Assembly: GCA_964511665.1 (NCBI GenBank)
Contig: CAZEHA010000001.1
Location: 24,823 to 88,822, forward strand
DNA: 64,000 nucleotides
DNA from: an uncultured Bacteroidales bacterium
GTDB taxonomy: Bacteria; Bacteroidota; Bacteroidia; Bacteroidales; ML635J-15
Reading direction: 5' to 3'
Under the pieces are notes generated by a model. It was not told where the DNA came from and did no database searches. It saw only the letters and a list, made by a program, of their open reading frames with translations. Within the stretch, counting starts at the first letter, position 1, and each line of letters opens with the position of its first letter. Both the position numbers and the translations under genes were made by a program. Positions 18,794 through 28,523 of the stretch are shown piece by piece.

Positions 18794-21310
18794 ATGAATA
18801 AGAAACTAATTATTTTTCTCTCGGCGGCACTGTTGTCGGCTACGCTTGCTGCTCAGCCTGTTGAAGACAGTATCCCTTCAGAAGCCAAACTCACCAATAT
18901 TCCTGTTATTTCGCTTTCTGATTCCGATATTCAAAACGATGCACAGTCGCAGGATATCAGCGGCTTACTGCAATCGTCGTCCGATGTATATGTGTCGCTT
19001 TCAGGATATACATTCGGGCAGGTTTTCTACCGCATCAGAGGATACGATAGCGATAATTATTCGGTATTGATTAATGGTGTTTCGGCCAACGACCCTCAAA
19101 CAGGCAGGGCTTTTTACAGTACCTGGGGAGGCTTAAACGATGCCACACGCAGCACCATCAACTACAATGGAGTGGGTTTTTCGGGAGAAGGCTTTGGCAA
19201 CATAGGAGGCATGACCAATATTATCACTCGTGCATCGGGCTATCAGGCACAAACCAAAATATCGTATTCTATCGGAAATAAAAGCTATCGACATCGTGTA
19301 ATGTTTACACACGCCACCGGGCTCACCCAAAATGGTTGGGCATTGGCTGTTTCGGGATCACGACGTTGGGCATATCAAGGCTACAGTCCCGGAACCTTCT
19401 ACGACGCCTGGGCTTATTTTGTGAGTGCCGAGAAAGTATTTAACAAAAAACACAGCCTGAATTTCACCGGATTTGCCTCACCCAACCGCAGGGGCAGAAA
19501 CAGTGTTTCTACACAGGAAGTATACGATTTAACAGGAACAAACTACTATAACAGCAACTGGGGTTATCAAGACGGCAAAGTAAGAAACGCACGGGTAAAC
19601 AACTATCATCAGCCCAATTTAATGCTAACCCATTACTGGAATATCGACGAAAAAAGCAAACTTACCAGCTCGATAAATTATATGTTTGGCCGCGGCGGTG
19701 CCACTTCGCTGAACTGGTACGATGCAGCCGATCCCCGACCCGATTACTATCGCTACCTGCCCAGTTATTACGTGAGCGAAAACGAAGACATGGCAAATAT
19801 ATTAACATCGCAGTGGCAAAACGATGAAAGCTTCCGCCAACTCGACTGGGATTCGTTTTATAATGCCAACCGCCGTAACCTGTTCACCATACAAGATGTA
19901 AACGGCATCGATGGACAAAACCTTAGCGGCAACCGATCGAAATACATTATCGAAGAACGCCGCTCCGACGTTAGCAAGCTATCAATCAACTCGGTGTATA
20001 ACCGCCAGATAAACGACAACATCAGGCTTTCGGCAGGGTTAAATGCCATTGCCTATACGGGTGAACACTTTAAAGTAGTAAACGACCTACTGGGTGGAGA
20101 CTGGTGGCTCGATATTGACCAGTTTGCCGAAAGAGATTTTGAAGATGAATACGCTGCTCAAAGCGACCTCGACAATTACAACCGCCCAGTGGGCGTTGGC
20201 GACATTTTTGGATATCACTACAAAGCCAACATTCGCACTGCCGATGCATTCAGTCAAGCGTATTTCACCTATAAAAGAATAGAATTTTATGCCGGTGCCA
20301 GTATCAGTTATACCGATTTCTTCAGAACAGGAATGATGAAAAACGGACGCTTCCCCGATAATTCGAAAGGCGACTCGGAACACAATAATTTTGTGAATTA
20401 CCAAACCAAAGCGGGAATCACCTTAAAACTCGACGGCAGAAACTTCATTGTGCTTAACGGTGCTTATCTCACCCGCGCACCTTACTTCGACAACGCTTAC
20501 ATATCGCCTCGCACACGCGATCATGTAGCCGATGGCCTTTCTTCAGAAACCATATATACCGGAGACATTGGTTATGTGTACCGTTCGCCGGTAGTTAAAG
20601 CCCGCATAACAGGCTTTTACGCCGATTTCTCGAACCAAACCGAAATTAAAAGTTTCTATCACGATGAGTTACGCACATTTGTAAACTATTTGATGACCGG
20701 CGTAGGTAAAAGGCATTTTGGCCTTGAATTCGGTGCCGAGGTAAAACTAAACGCCACCATGGAACTGCAAGCCGGATTCGGCTACGGAAAATATCTCTAC
20801 AACGGACGTCCTTTGGTTTCGATAGCACAAGACAACGATGCCGAAATACTTGTAAGCAACCGACTGGTGTATCTGAACAATTATCACGTGGGCGGAGCAC
20901 CCGAACTGGCCGCTTCGGTGGGTTTTAAATATAATGCTCCCAAATATTGGTTTGTAGGGATAAATGCAAACTATTTTGGTGAAAACTATGTGGATGTTAA
21001 CCCCGAACGACGCACCGAAGAAGCCTTAGAAAGCTTTGTGGTTACCGACCCGCAATGGAGACAGATACTCGATCAGGAAAAACTGCCCGCGGCATATACC
21101 ATCGATTTATGGGGCGGAAAATCGTGGCGTATTCATGGCAAATATCTTGGTTTTAACCTGAGCGTCGATAATATTTTAAATAAAAAAGATGTGCTGACCC
21201 GGGGCTTTGAGCAATTGCGGTTCGACGATGGCAATGTTGACAAATATCCGGTAAAATATATGTATATGTATGGACGCACTTTTATGCTGAATGTGTATTA
21301 CAGGTTTTAA
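18794..21310 (+). CDS. TonB-dependent receptor (not an obvious SusC type)
   Basis: The start is at MNKKLIIFLSAALL (signal peptide). A plug-like N-terminus (YRIRGYDSDNYSVLINGV) is followed by a long beta-barrel ending in ..NVYYRF. Confidence 0.8.
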   Translation: MNKKLIIFLSAALLSATLAAQPVEDSIPSEAKLTNIPVISLSDSDIQNDAQSQDISGLLQSSSDVYVSLSGYTFGQVFYRIRGYDSDNYSVLINGVSANDPQTGRAFYSTWGGLNDATRSTINYNGVGFSGEGFGNIGGMTNIITRASGYQAQTKISYSIGNKSYRHRVMFTHATGLTQNGWALAVSGSRRWAYQGYSPGTFYDAWAYFVSAEKVFNKKHSLNFTGFASPNRRGRNSVSTQEVYDLTGTNYYNSNWGYQDGKVRNARVNNYHQPNLMLTHYWNIDEKSKLTSSINYMFGRGGATSLNWYDAADPRPDYYRYLPSYYVSENEDMANILTSQWQNDESFRQLDWDSFYNANRRNLFTIQDVNGIDGQNLSGNRSKYIIEERRSDVSKLSINSVYNRQINDNIRLSAGLNAIAYTGEHFKVVNDLLGGDWWLDIDQFAERDFEDEYAAQSDLDNYNRPVGVGDIFGYHYKANIRTADAFSQAYFTYKRIEFYAGASISYTDFFRTGMMKNGRFPDNSKGDSEHNNFVNYQTKAGITLKLDGRNFIVLNGAYLTRAPYFDNAYISPRTRDHVADGLSSETIYTGDIGYVYRSPVVKARITGFYADFSNQTEIKSFYHDELRTFVNYLMTGVGKRHFGLEFGAEVKLNATMELQAGFGYGKYLYNGRPLVSIAQDNDAEILVSNRLVYLNNYHVGGAPELAASVGFKYNAPKYWFVGINANYFGENYVDVNPERRTEEALESFVVTDPQWRQILDQEKLPAAYTIDLWGGKSWRIHGKYLGFNLSVDNILNKKDVLTRGFEQLRFDDGNVDKYPVKYMYMYGRTFMLNVYYRF

Positions 21311-21337
21311 TAATTAATTAAATTTAAGATACTCTTT

Positions 21338-22597
21338 ATGAAAAAATTTGCATTCCCTTTATCATTCGCTGGTTTAATTCTGTTGTTGAATGGCTGTATT
21401 CAAACCAATTTCGACGAACCACCACTGAATATTATTCCCGAGGGCAACGTAATCACCATTGGCGATTTAAAAGACATATATAACGACAGTGTAATATTAG
21501 GACCCTATCTGAGTTCCTACAAATTTACCGACGATTATTCGCTGTATGCTGTGGTTACTATCGACGATAAATCGGGAAATCTGTACAAGGCTGCCTACAT
21601 AGAAGATGCTACAGGCGCCATCAATATGCGATTGTTGTCGTCGGGAGGAGTTTACGAAGGCGATTCGGTGCGGGTGTATCTGAAAGGGCTGGTAATTAGC
21701 GTGTACAATGGTATGTTTCAGCTCGACTCGGTTGATGTTGATAAGAACGTGATTAAACAGGCAACGCTACGTAATCCTCAACCCACAGAAGTAAACATCA
21801 ATCAGATATTGGCCGGAGGATATCAGGGTAGACTGATAAAACTAAACAACGTTCAATTTCTCGAAAGCGAAATTGGCATGACTTACGCTGACCCCTTGAA
21901 TCTGACAACCATGAACCGAACCATAGAAGACTGCGATGGCAACCGCTTAATTGTGCGCACCAGCGGGTATGCAAAATTTGCCGGAGCCACAACCCCCGAA
22001 GGCAAAGGCAGCATTATCGGGGTGGTTGATCTCTATCGCGTAGGAAGCAATTCCACTTGGCAATTATATATTCGCAGAACTTCTGAAGTACTGATGAACG
22101 GCTTACGCTGCGGACAGTTTTTTGCGCTTCTCAACGAAGACTTTTCGTCGGTAAGCGACAATCAACCCATTGCATTAGATAATTGGATAAACCTTGCAAC
22201 AACTGGAACCGTGGTATGGCTTGGGTCGAACAACGGCATCGACACCAGAGCAAAAATTACCGGAACTGGCGATAATGTTTCGTGGCTAATAACGCCTGTG
22301 GTAAATTTGGATGATTCAGACAACGAATATCTCATTTTCAACACGCGGGCTCTTAATGTAGTGGGATCAGAGCTGAAGGTTTATATATCGACCAACTACG
22401 ACGGAGGCAACAATCCGGCATCGGCAACCTGGACAGAACTTGATGCCAACATTGCTTCGGGCAGCGACATTACCCAATCGGGTCAAATAGATATTTCGGG
22501 ATATTCGGGCAATGTTCGTATCGCGTTTAAATACTCGGCTTTATCGGGAGCCACCGGTAGTTTTTATCTCGACAATGTGGTGGTAGCACACGAATAA
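21338..22597 (+). CDS. Lipoprotein partner of the upstream TonB-dependent receptor (DUF5689-like, with a C-terminal choice-of-anchor-J-like domain; assigned from memory)
   Basis: Lipobox LLLNGC is present. It lies 27 nt downstream of the receptor gene. The C-terminus reads ..FKYSA.SGATGSFYLDNVVV. No run-time homology evidence. Confidence 0.5.
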   Translation: MKKFAFPLSFAGLILLLNGCIQTNFDEPPLNIIPEGNVITIGDLKDIYNDSVILGPYLSSYKFTDDYSLYAVVTIDDKSGNLYKAAYIEDATGAINMRLLSSGGVYEGDSVRVYLKGLVISVYNGMFQLDSVDVDKNVIKQATLRNPQPTEVNINQILAGGYQGRLIKLNNVQFLESEIGMTYADPLNLTTMNRTIEDCDGNRLIVRTSGYAKFAGATTPEGKGSIIGVVDLYRVGSNSTWQLYIRRTSEVLMNGLRCGQFFALLNEDFSSVSDNQPIALDNWINLATTGTVVWLGSNNGIDTRAKITGTGDNVSWLITPVVNLDDSDNEYLIFNTRALNVVGSELKVYISTNYDGGNNPASATWTELDANIASGSDITQSGQIDISGYSGNVRIAFKYSALSGATGSFYLDNVVVAHE

Positions 22598-22658
22598 ATT
22601 AATTGGTTTTTATCAATAAATTTATTGCTATTTTTGGAACAGATAATAATGGAATGTA

Positions 22659-23585
22659 ATGAATTTATTGCTGGTAATTGCAGGTTTAATTTTGTTATTG
22701 TTCGGTGGCGACTGGCTGGTGCGTAGTGGGGTATCGCTTGCTGCGCGCTTTCAAATTTCTCCGCTCATCATTGGATTGACCATTGTTTCGATGGGCACAT
22801 CAGCCCCCGAGCTTATGGTAAGTATTCGCGCTGCCCTCGAAGGTTACCCCGACATGGCCATGGGCAATGTTGTGGGTTCGAATATTGCTAATTTAACCCT
22901 TATTCTTGGGCTCACAGCCTTAGTGTTACCGATACCCGTTTCGCGCGAAACCATACGGATATCGTGGCCGGCTTTGTTTCTGGCATCGGCCATATTATTG
23001 GTTTTTGCACTGAATCATGAAATAGGACGCATCGAAGCATTTGTAATGCTGGCAGCATTGCTTGCTTTTATTTATGTACTGTATCGCCGTTCGAATAAGC
23101 ATGGCTATGTGCCCGACGATAAACCCAAAACCTATAATATATGGCTATCGCTGCTGATAATGGCCGGTAGCATTGCTGCGCTTGCTTTTGGTGCAACATT
23201 GCTTGTTGATGGTGCGGTGGCGTTAGCCTCAAAACTTGGAATAAGCGAACGCATTATTTCGATAACGGTTGTTGCTTTCGGAACCAGTGTTCCCGAGCTG
23301 GCAACTTCGCTGGTAGCAGCATTTCGTAAGCAATTAGACATTTCGGTTGGCAACTTGATTGGCTCCAATATCTTTAACATTCTGTGCATTTTGGGTATTA
23401 CTGCCGGCATTAAGCCCATGCAGGTTAGTTCTCAATTAATTCAATTCGATTTGCCGGTGGTGTTGGGCATAGTATTGCTGCTGGGGCTTTTCTTTATACC
23501 GCTGAAAAAGCCACGCATCACAGCCTGGAAAGGCATGGTGCTGATTGGGTGTTACTTTGCTTACTATTATTTTATTTTTAGCTGA
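22659..23585 (+). CDS. Ca2+/Na+ antiporter (CaCA/YrbG family)
   Basis: Polytopic membrane protein. It has two alpha-repeat motifs (GTSAPEL and GTSVPELATS) and GNLIGSNIFN. Confidence 0.8.
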   Translation: MNLLLVIAGLILLLFGGDWLVRSGVSLAARFQISPLIIGLTIVSMGTSAPELMVSIRAALEGYPDMAMGNVVGSNIANLTLILGLTALVLPIPVSRETIRISWPALFLASAILLVFALNHEIGRIEAFVMLAALLAFIYVLYRRSNKHGYVPDDKPKTYNIWLSLLIMAGSIAALAFGATLLVDGAVALASKLGISERIISITVVAFGTSVPELATSLVAAFRKQLDISVGNLIGSNIFNILCILGITAGIKPMQVSSQLIQFDLPVVLGIVLLLGLFFIPLKKPRITAWKGMVLIGCYFAYYYFIFS

Positions 23586-23689
23586 CAACACACCCTCGCT
23601 AATATATTTTTGCACCTTAGCACACAATGACCCAATAAACCCGGATTTTTTTTAATTTTGACCATTCAAATTAATAGTACTACTGTTCG

Positions 23690-24400
23690 ATGAATGTATT
23701 GTACACTTTAAAAAAGGCCTGGTATTTTTTGGTTAACCGCCCCATTTACATAAGCGAACCGGGTCTCAACCGCATGCTGCCCAGTATTCCGGGATGGCTC
23801 GACAAAGGCCATATTTACTGTTTCGACTATGCCATTAAAAACCTTCCCGACAACAATCCTATTGTCGAAATTGGAACTTTCGCCGGGCTATCGACCAATG
23901 TAATTCTGTATTTTTTACATAAGCACGGCAAGCCCAACAAACTGATAAGCACCGATTGGTTTTTGCAGGATATTGATGCCGGCGAAACCATTGCAATGCT
24001 AAAAAACCCCAAAGACTTATCGCGGTATATTAAAGAATTATTCGTGAAAAATGTCAGGTTTTTCAGCCCCGAAGCCAATATTGCAGCTTTCGACATGGCA
24101 TCCGACGATTTTTTTAAAGCATGGGCAGAGCAGCGCGAAACGAAAGACTTATTTGGTAACAGCCAACGCATTGGCGGCTCCATATCGTTTGCCTATATCG
24201 ACGGCAATCATGTGTATGAATATGCGCGACGTGATTTCGAAAATGTTGACAAATACCTTGTTACGGGTGGGTTCATTTTGTTCGACGACTCGGCCGGATA
24301 TACCTGCTGGGGTTCAAAAAAAGTGGCACAAGAAGCATTAAAGTCGGGCAAATATCGTTTGGTGAAAAAGAACCCACATTATTTTATTCAAAAGAAATAG
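23690..24400 (+). CDS. Class I SAM-dependent methyltransferase (Methyltransf_24-like)
   Basis: Contains VEIGTFAGLST (motif I) and FAYIDGNH.YEYARRDFE......GGFILFDD, typical of the O-methyltransferase/Methyltransf_24 group. Confidence 0.6.
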   Translation: MNVLYTLKKAWYFLVNRPIYISEPGLNRMLPSIPGWLDKGHIYCFDYAIKNLPDNNPIVEIGTFAGLSTNVILYFLHKHGKPNKLISTDWFLQDIDAGETIAMLKNPKDLSRYIKELFVKNVRFFSPEANIAAFDMASDDFFKAWAEQRETKDLFGNSQRIGGSISFAYIDGNHVYEYARRDFENVDKYLVTGGFILFDDSAGYTCWGSKKVAQEALKSGKYRLVKKNPHYFIQKK

Positions 24401-24401
24401 C

Positions 24402-25259
24402 ATGAACAAACGGCTGTCGAAATGCATCGAAACATTGCAAGGAATAGTTAAACTATTGTTTTTTTCGAGCTGGAAGAAGAACAGGTTTACAGCAAGTGCC
24501 ACTGAGGTTGTAATACTTGGTAACGGACCTTCGTTGGCATCGATGCTCGAAAACAACTCTCATTTTTTATCAGAAAAAGAGCTAATTGCTGTTAATTATT
24601 TTGCACTTAGCGATGTTTTCTTCTCGCTGAAGCCCCGGCATTATGTTCTGATAGACTTTGCATTTTATCATGAACCCTTCGACGACAACGAAACGCTGGC
24701 AAAGCGAAAAACCATGTGGGAAAACATAGCGCGGGCCAATTGGGAGATTCACCTCTACCTACCCCATTCAGCTAAAAAGCATACCCGATGGCAACAGATT
24801 ATTGGCAACAACAAGCATGTTGATGTACACTATATAAATGTAACCGCCATCGAAGGCTACTCTTGCTTCAGGCACTGGTGCTACAAAAAAATGCTGGGGA
24901 TGCCCCGCCCTCACAATGTTATTGTGCCCGCACTCATGATTGCGCTGAAAATGCAATTCAAAAAAATATACCTGTGGGGCGTCGATCACTCATGGCTTTC
25001 GCAAATTAGCGTTGACGACAACAACCGGGCTTTGGTAAACAACCGGCATTTTTACGACACCAACGGTTCGAAACCATCGCGTTTCATTGTAAAAACACAT
25101 GCCTCGGCACCCTTGCACGTGATATTATATACCATGATGACTGCATTCGAAAGCTATTTTATTATTGCAGAATATGCACGAAAATGCCAATCGCTGATAT
25201 TGAATCAAACCCGCGGAAGTATGATCGATGCTTTTGAGCGCGACTATCTTTCTGAATAA
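24402..25259 (+). CDS. MptE-like/DUF115-type protein (putative glycan-modifying transferase)
   Basis: The VVILGNGPSL motif and length resemble DUF115 (Maf/sialyltransferase-like) proteins. It starts 1 nt after the methyltransferase stop. Confidence 0.4.
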   Translation: MNKRLSKCIETLQGIVKLLFFSSWKKNRFTASATEVVILGNGPSLASMLENNSHFLSEKELIAVNYFALSDVFFSLKPRHYVLIDFAFYHEPFDDNETLAKRKTMWENIARANWEIHLYLPHSAKKHTRWQQIIGNNKHVDVHYINVTAIEGYSCFRHWCYKKMLGMPRPHNVIVPALMIALKMQFKKIYLWGVDHSWLSQISVDDNNRALVNNRHFYDTNGSKPSRFIVKTHASAPLHVILYTMMTAFESYFIIAEYARKCQSLILNQTRGSMIDAFERDYLSE

Positions 25260-25320
25260 AAGTAATACAATAGGGTGCAGAGCAACAGGCATTGTTCGTG
25301 CAATTTTCGTAATTTGCCGA

Positions 25321-25380
25321 TGCAAACATACAACTCACCGATACGCAATAGCTGAGGCAAATTAAGTCATGTATGTTTGC
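25321..25380. promoter_or_regulatory. 11-bp inverted repeat upstream of the LiaF-like/HK/LytTR operon
   Basis: TGCAAACATAC (25321-25331) and GTATGTTTGCA (25370-25380) lie 27 nt upstream of the ATG at 25407. Confidence 0.3.
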
Positions 25381-25406
25381 AGCGTAAACGATAAAACAAA
25401 GAAAAA

Positions 25407-26168
25407 ATGAGAACACATGTTAAAATTCACACCGACTGCAACAACAACAAGAGCCGTTGTTCGTCGTCGAGCCGTAAGAAAGTTACCCTCGGGCTTTTTC
25501 TGGTAGCCGCAGGCATATTGCTTATTCTGGGCCGCAGTGGCCTTATCGAGCCCAAACACATGGAATACATATTCAGCTGGCAATCGCTGCTGGTAGCCTT
25601 AGGAGTACTTTTTCTGATTTCGAACCCCCGTTCGGCGGTTTTCAGCCTAACGCTGATGTTTATAGGCGGCTTTTTTCTGTATTCCGAAATTGTGAACCTT
25701 CCCATAGAAACCCGTAACATTTTCTGGCCGATAATTCTGGTTCTGGTGGGCCTGGTTATGATATTCAAGCGTTTTTCGCACAAAACTCCCAAAAAACCCT
25801 TCGATCATGTAGAGTCGTTTTCCGACGAATATGTCGACAAGAACATAGTATTTGGCGGCTGCAAAACCGTTGTAACATCAAAAAACTTCAGGGGTGGCAG
25901 CATATCGACAGTGTTTGGCGGCTGCGAACTGATTCTTACCGAAGCCGGCCTTGCCGAAGGCGATAATGTGCTGAACATAAACGCAGTGTTTGGCGGCATA
26001 AGTATTGTAGCGCCACGCAGTTGGGATATAGTAATAGAAGTAGATGGCATTATGGGAGGTTTTAAAGACGACCGCAGTTTTGTGAACCCCGACAACATTG
26101 ACCGTAGTCGCAGGCTAATCATAAAAGGGTCGGCAGTGTTTGGTGGCGGCGAAATAAAAAATGTGTAA
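25407..26168 (+). CDS. LiaF-like membrane protein (cell-wall stress module, DUF2154-type C-terminus)
   Basis: Has 4 TM helices, then repeated VFGG motifs (VFGGCELILTEA, NAVFGGISIVAP, SAVFGGGEIKN). Confidence 0.6.
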   Translation: MRTHVKIHTDCNNNKSRCSSSSRKKVTLGLFLVAAGILLILGRSGLIEPKHMEYIFSWQSLLVALGVLFLISNPRSAVFSLTLMFIGGFFLYSEIVNLPIETRNIFWPIILVLVGLVMIFKRFSHKTPKKPFDHVESFSDEYVDKNIVFGGCKTVVTSKNFRGGSISTVFGGCELILTEAGLAEGDNVLNINAVFGGISIVAPRSWDIVIEVDGIMGGFKDDRSFVNPDNIDRSRRLIIKGSAVFGGGEIKNV

Positions 26169-27221
26169 ATGAGTCATCCTTTTTCGAAAAATCGCAGGGT
26201 AATTCTTGCCTATGCCATTTGCTGGCTTCTGGTTTCGGGAGCCCATTTGGCATTGTTGCTCAGCATTGCCCGTGCCGATGTGGCTGTGGCTATCACCGAC
26301 GCGCTGGTGTACAACACCGTGTTTGCCCTTATAGGCATGGCCATATTCTATGCCACGGCTTATACCGGCCTCGACAAACGCTTTGGCGACATTATATTCA
26401 ACCATATTCTGGCTGCCGTTGCTTTTGTTGGCATATGGCTGCTTACGTCGTATCTGCTAAGCGAAATGCTTTTCTCTATTTTCAACATTGCTTCGCCCGA
26501 TAATGCTTCATGGCTCAGGGTGCGCATACCCATTGGGCTGGCTTACTACATAGTGCTTTCGCTGATGTTTTACCTGATTAAAAGCAACGAAACCGGAAAA
26601 GCAGCAAAGCAAGACATTCTGAAAATGGAATCACAGCTTCGCGAAAGTCAGTTGCAGGCTCTTAAATCGCAAATAAACCCACACTTTTTGTTCAACAGCC
26701 TCAACAGTATTTCGTTTTTGGTAAAATCGAATCCCGACAAGGCCCGCGAAATGCTGTCGGTGCTGTCGGAATATTTCCGCTACAGCCTGAAGCAGCAGTC
26801 GAACACGGCCTTACTGGGCGACGAACTGAACCACTGCCGCAAATATCTCGAAATAGAGAAAATACGTTTTGGCAATAAGCTGCTGTGGACCGAAACCATC
26901 GAAAACAACACCGATGCCATTCCGGTTCCGGCCATGATATTGCAACCTATTTACGAAAACGCCGTGAAACATGGTGTTTACGAAAGCGAGATACCCGTAA
27001 GCATCAATACACACATCAGCCTGCACACAGGCTATGCACTTATCGAAATTGAAAACAATTTCGACCCCGAAGCTCCGGTGCGCAAAGGCGAGGGAGTGGG
27101 GTTGAAAAATGCAGGTGAGCGCCTGAAACTCATGTTTGGTGCCGACGACCTGCTCGAAACCTCGATTACCAACAGTGTTTTTACCGTAAAAATTAGCATT
27201 CCAATACCCCGAATAGTATGA
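26169..27221 (+). CDS. Sensor histidine kinase, LytS/YehU family (His_kinase + HATPase)
   Basis: Multi-TM N-terminus. The INPHFLFNSLNSI H-box is followed by ..ENAVKHG.. and ..GVGLKN... The start abuts the previous stop. Confidence 0.8.
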   Translation: MSHPFSKNRRVILAYAICWLLVSGAHLALLLSIARADVAVAITDALVYNTVFALIGMAIFYATAYTGLDKRFGDIIFNHILAAVAFVGIWLLTSYLLSEMLFSIFNIASPDNASWLRVRIPIGLAYYIVLSLMFYLIKSNETGKAAKQDILKMESQLRESQLQALKSQINPHFLFNSLNSISFLVKSNPDKAREMLSVLSEYFRYSLKQQSNTALLGDELNHCRKYLEIEKIRFGNKLLWTETIENNTDAIPVPAMILQPIYENAVKHGVYESEIPVSINTHISLHTGYALIEIENNFDPEAPVRKGEGVGLKNAGERLKLMFGADDLLETSITNSVFTVKISIPIPRIV

Positions 27222-27955
27222 TACGCTGCATTATTATCGACGACGAAGAACCGGCCCGTATGCTTATAGAAGAATATCTTGAAGCACACGGTGATATTGT
27301 GATAGCTGCCCGTTGTGCCAATGGATTCGAAGGCCTGAAAGCCATACACGAGTTGAAACCCGATTTAGTGTTTCTCGACATACAAATGCCCAAGCTTACC
27401 GGATTCGAAATGCTCGAATTGCTCGAACACCACCCGGCCATAGTGTTTACCACCGCCTTCGACACCTATGCCATGAAAGCTTTCGACAACCATGCCATCG
27501 ACTATCTGCTGAAACCGTTTACGCCCGGGCGCTTTGGCGAAGCACTCGAAAAAACCCGAAAAATTTTGTCGGCCAACACGGCAGCCAACAACAACCAATT
27601 GTTTCTGCAAAGCATGAAAGAATCGAAAGAGATGCTTGAACGCATTGTGGTGAAATCGGGTAAAAAAATTAAGGTACTGCCGGTCGATAGTGTGGTTGCA
27701 ATTGAAGCTGCCGACGACTATGTGCTGATACATACCCGCGACGAACAGTTTGTGAAAAGCGACACCATGAATTACTACGAACAGCACTTGCCTGCCAACG
27801 ATTTTATTAGGGTACACCGTTCGTTTCTCGTTGCTGTGTCGTGCATCGAAAGCATGGAAGCCTATACCAAAGAAACCCATGTGCTAAAGATGAGCAACGG
27901 CATGCAAATAAAAACCAGCCGCAGCGGTTCACAAAAACTGCGACAGATGTTGTAA
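27218..27955 (+). CDS. LytTR-family response regulator
   Basis: REC domain (IIIDDE...DLVFLDIQMP) plus a C-terminal LytTR DNA-binding domain (..DDYVLIHT......FIRVHRSF). There is an ATGA overlap with the kinase gene. Confidence 0.85.
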   Translation: MIRCIIIDDEEPARMLIEEYLEAHGDIVIAARCANGFEGLKAIHELKPDLVFLDIQMPKLTGFEMLELLEHHPAIVFTTAFDTYAMKAFDNHAIDYLLKPFTPGRFGEALEKTRKILSANTAANNNQLFLQSMKESKEMLERIVVKSGKKIKVLPVDSVVAIEAADDYVLIHTRDEQFVKSDTMNYYEQHLPANDFIRVHRSFLVAVSCIESMEAYTKETHVLKMSNGMQIKTSRSGSQKLRQML

Positions 27956-27975
27956 TTGAAAATATTGCATTATTC

Positions 27976-28081
27976 AGCCAGCGTGGTGATTCAACAACCG
28001 CAAAACTGAGGACACTGAGGACACTGAGGACACTGAGGCTCTCGAAGTGCCGAAGTGCCGAAGTGTCGAAGTGTCGAAGCG
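27976..28081. repeat. Left composite arm: terminal CAGCCAGCGTGG, then a 9-mer array (ACTGAGGAC x3 + ACTGAGGCT) and an 8-mer array (CGAAGTG-type x5)
   Basis: Read directly from the sequence. 28005-28040 is four 9-mers. 28042-28081 is TCGAAGTG, CCGAAGTG, CCGAAGTG, TCGAAGTG, TCGAAGCG. Confidence 0.9.
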
Positions 28082-28173
28082 ACAAAACAACATAGCGCTG
28101 ATGAAAAGATTTAGCAGCAACTAAATAGTTTTCATTGCTCTTTTCCATCTGGCACCTTATCTCTGTATGCTAT

Positions 28174-28440
28174 TTATAATTCAGGAAGAATATCAGCAAT
28201 TCCATCTATCAATGCTTTTTTCTTTTTTCGACTCCACCCCTGTATTTGTTTCTCACGGATAAATGCTTCATCAATTCGTTGAAATTCTTCAAAATATACT
28301 AATTTCACTGGCAGGTGTTTCTTGGTATAATTTGCTCCCTCACCATTTTGATGTTGTGCTAATCTCATCTCAATATTTTTTGTGCTTCCTGTATAATAAT
28401 TTCCATTTGCACATTCTAAAATATACACAAATCCCTTCAT
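28174..28440 (-). CDS. GIY-YIG nuclease family protein (small UPF0213/YhbQ-like class)
   Basis: 88 aa. Contains GFVYILEC.NG.YYTGST.N...RL.QH and a C-terminal E...K..GWSR.KK pattern. Confidence 0.85.
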   Translation of the reverse strand: MKGFVYILECANGNYYTGSTKNIEMRLAQHQNGEGANYTKKHLPVKLVYFEEFQRIDEAFIREKQIQGWSRKKKKALIDGIADILPEL

Positions 28441-28523
28441 TTTACCGAATATGAATTAACACCATAAAAATAAAAGATTTTATCAACAACAGGTGGCTCT
28501 ATGCATAATTTTCAATCGACGAG

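Noticed and set aside
28005-28081. Possibility that the short tandem arrays are a CRISPR array
   Set aside because: The units are only 8-9 bp and directly abutting, with no spacers. There are no cas genes in the window.
27807-28148. ORFs on both strands (84 aa on plus, 113 aa on minus) running through the left repeat arm, and similar ORFs (64 and 73 aa) through the right arm at 28501-28733
   Set aside because: Their 'proteins' are just translated tandem repeats (LRTLRTLRTLR, SVLSVLSVLS, LLRLLRLLRL). They have no start context and overlap the real LytTR gene end. They are treated as non-coding repeat DNA.
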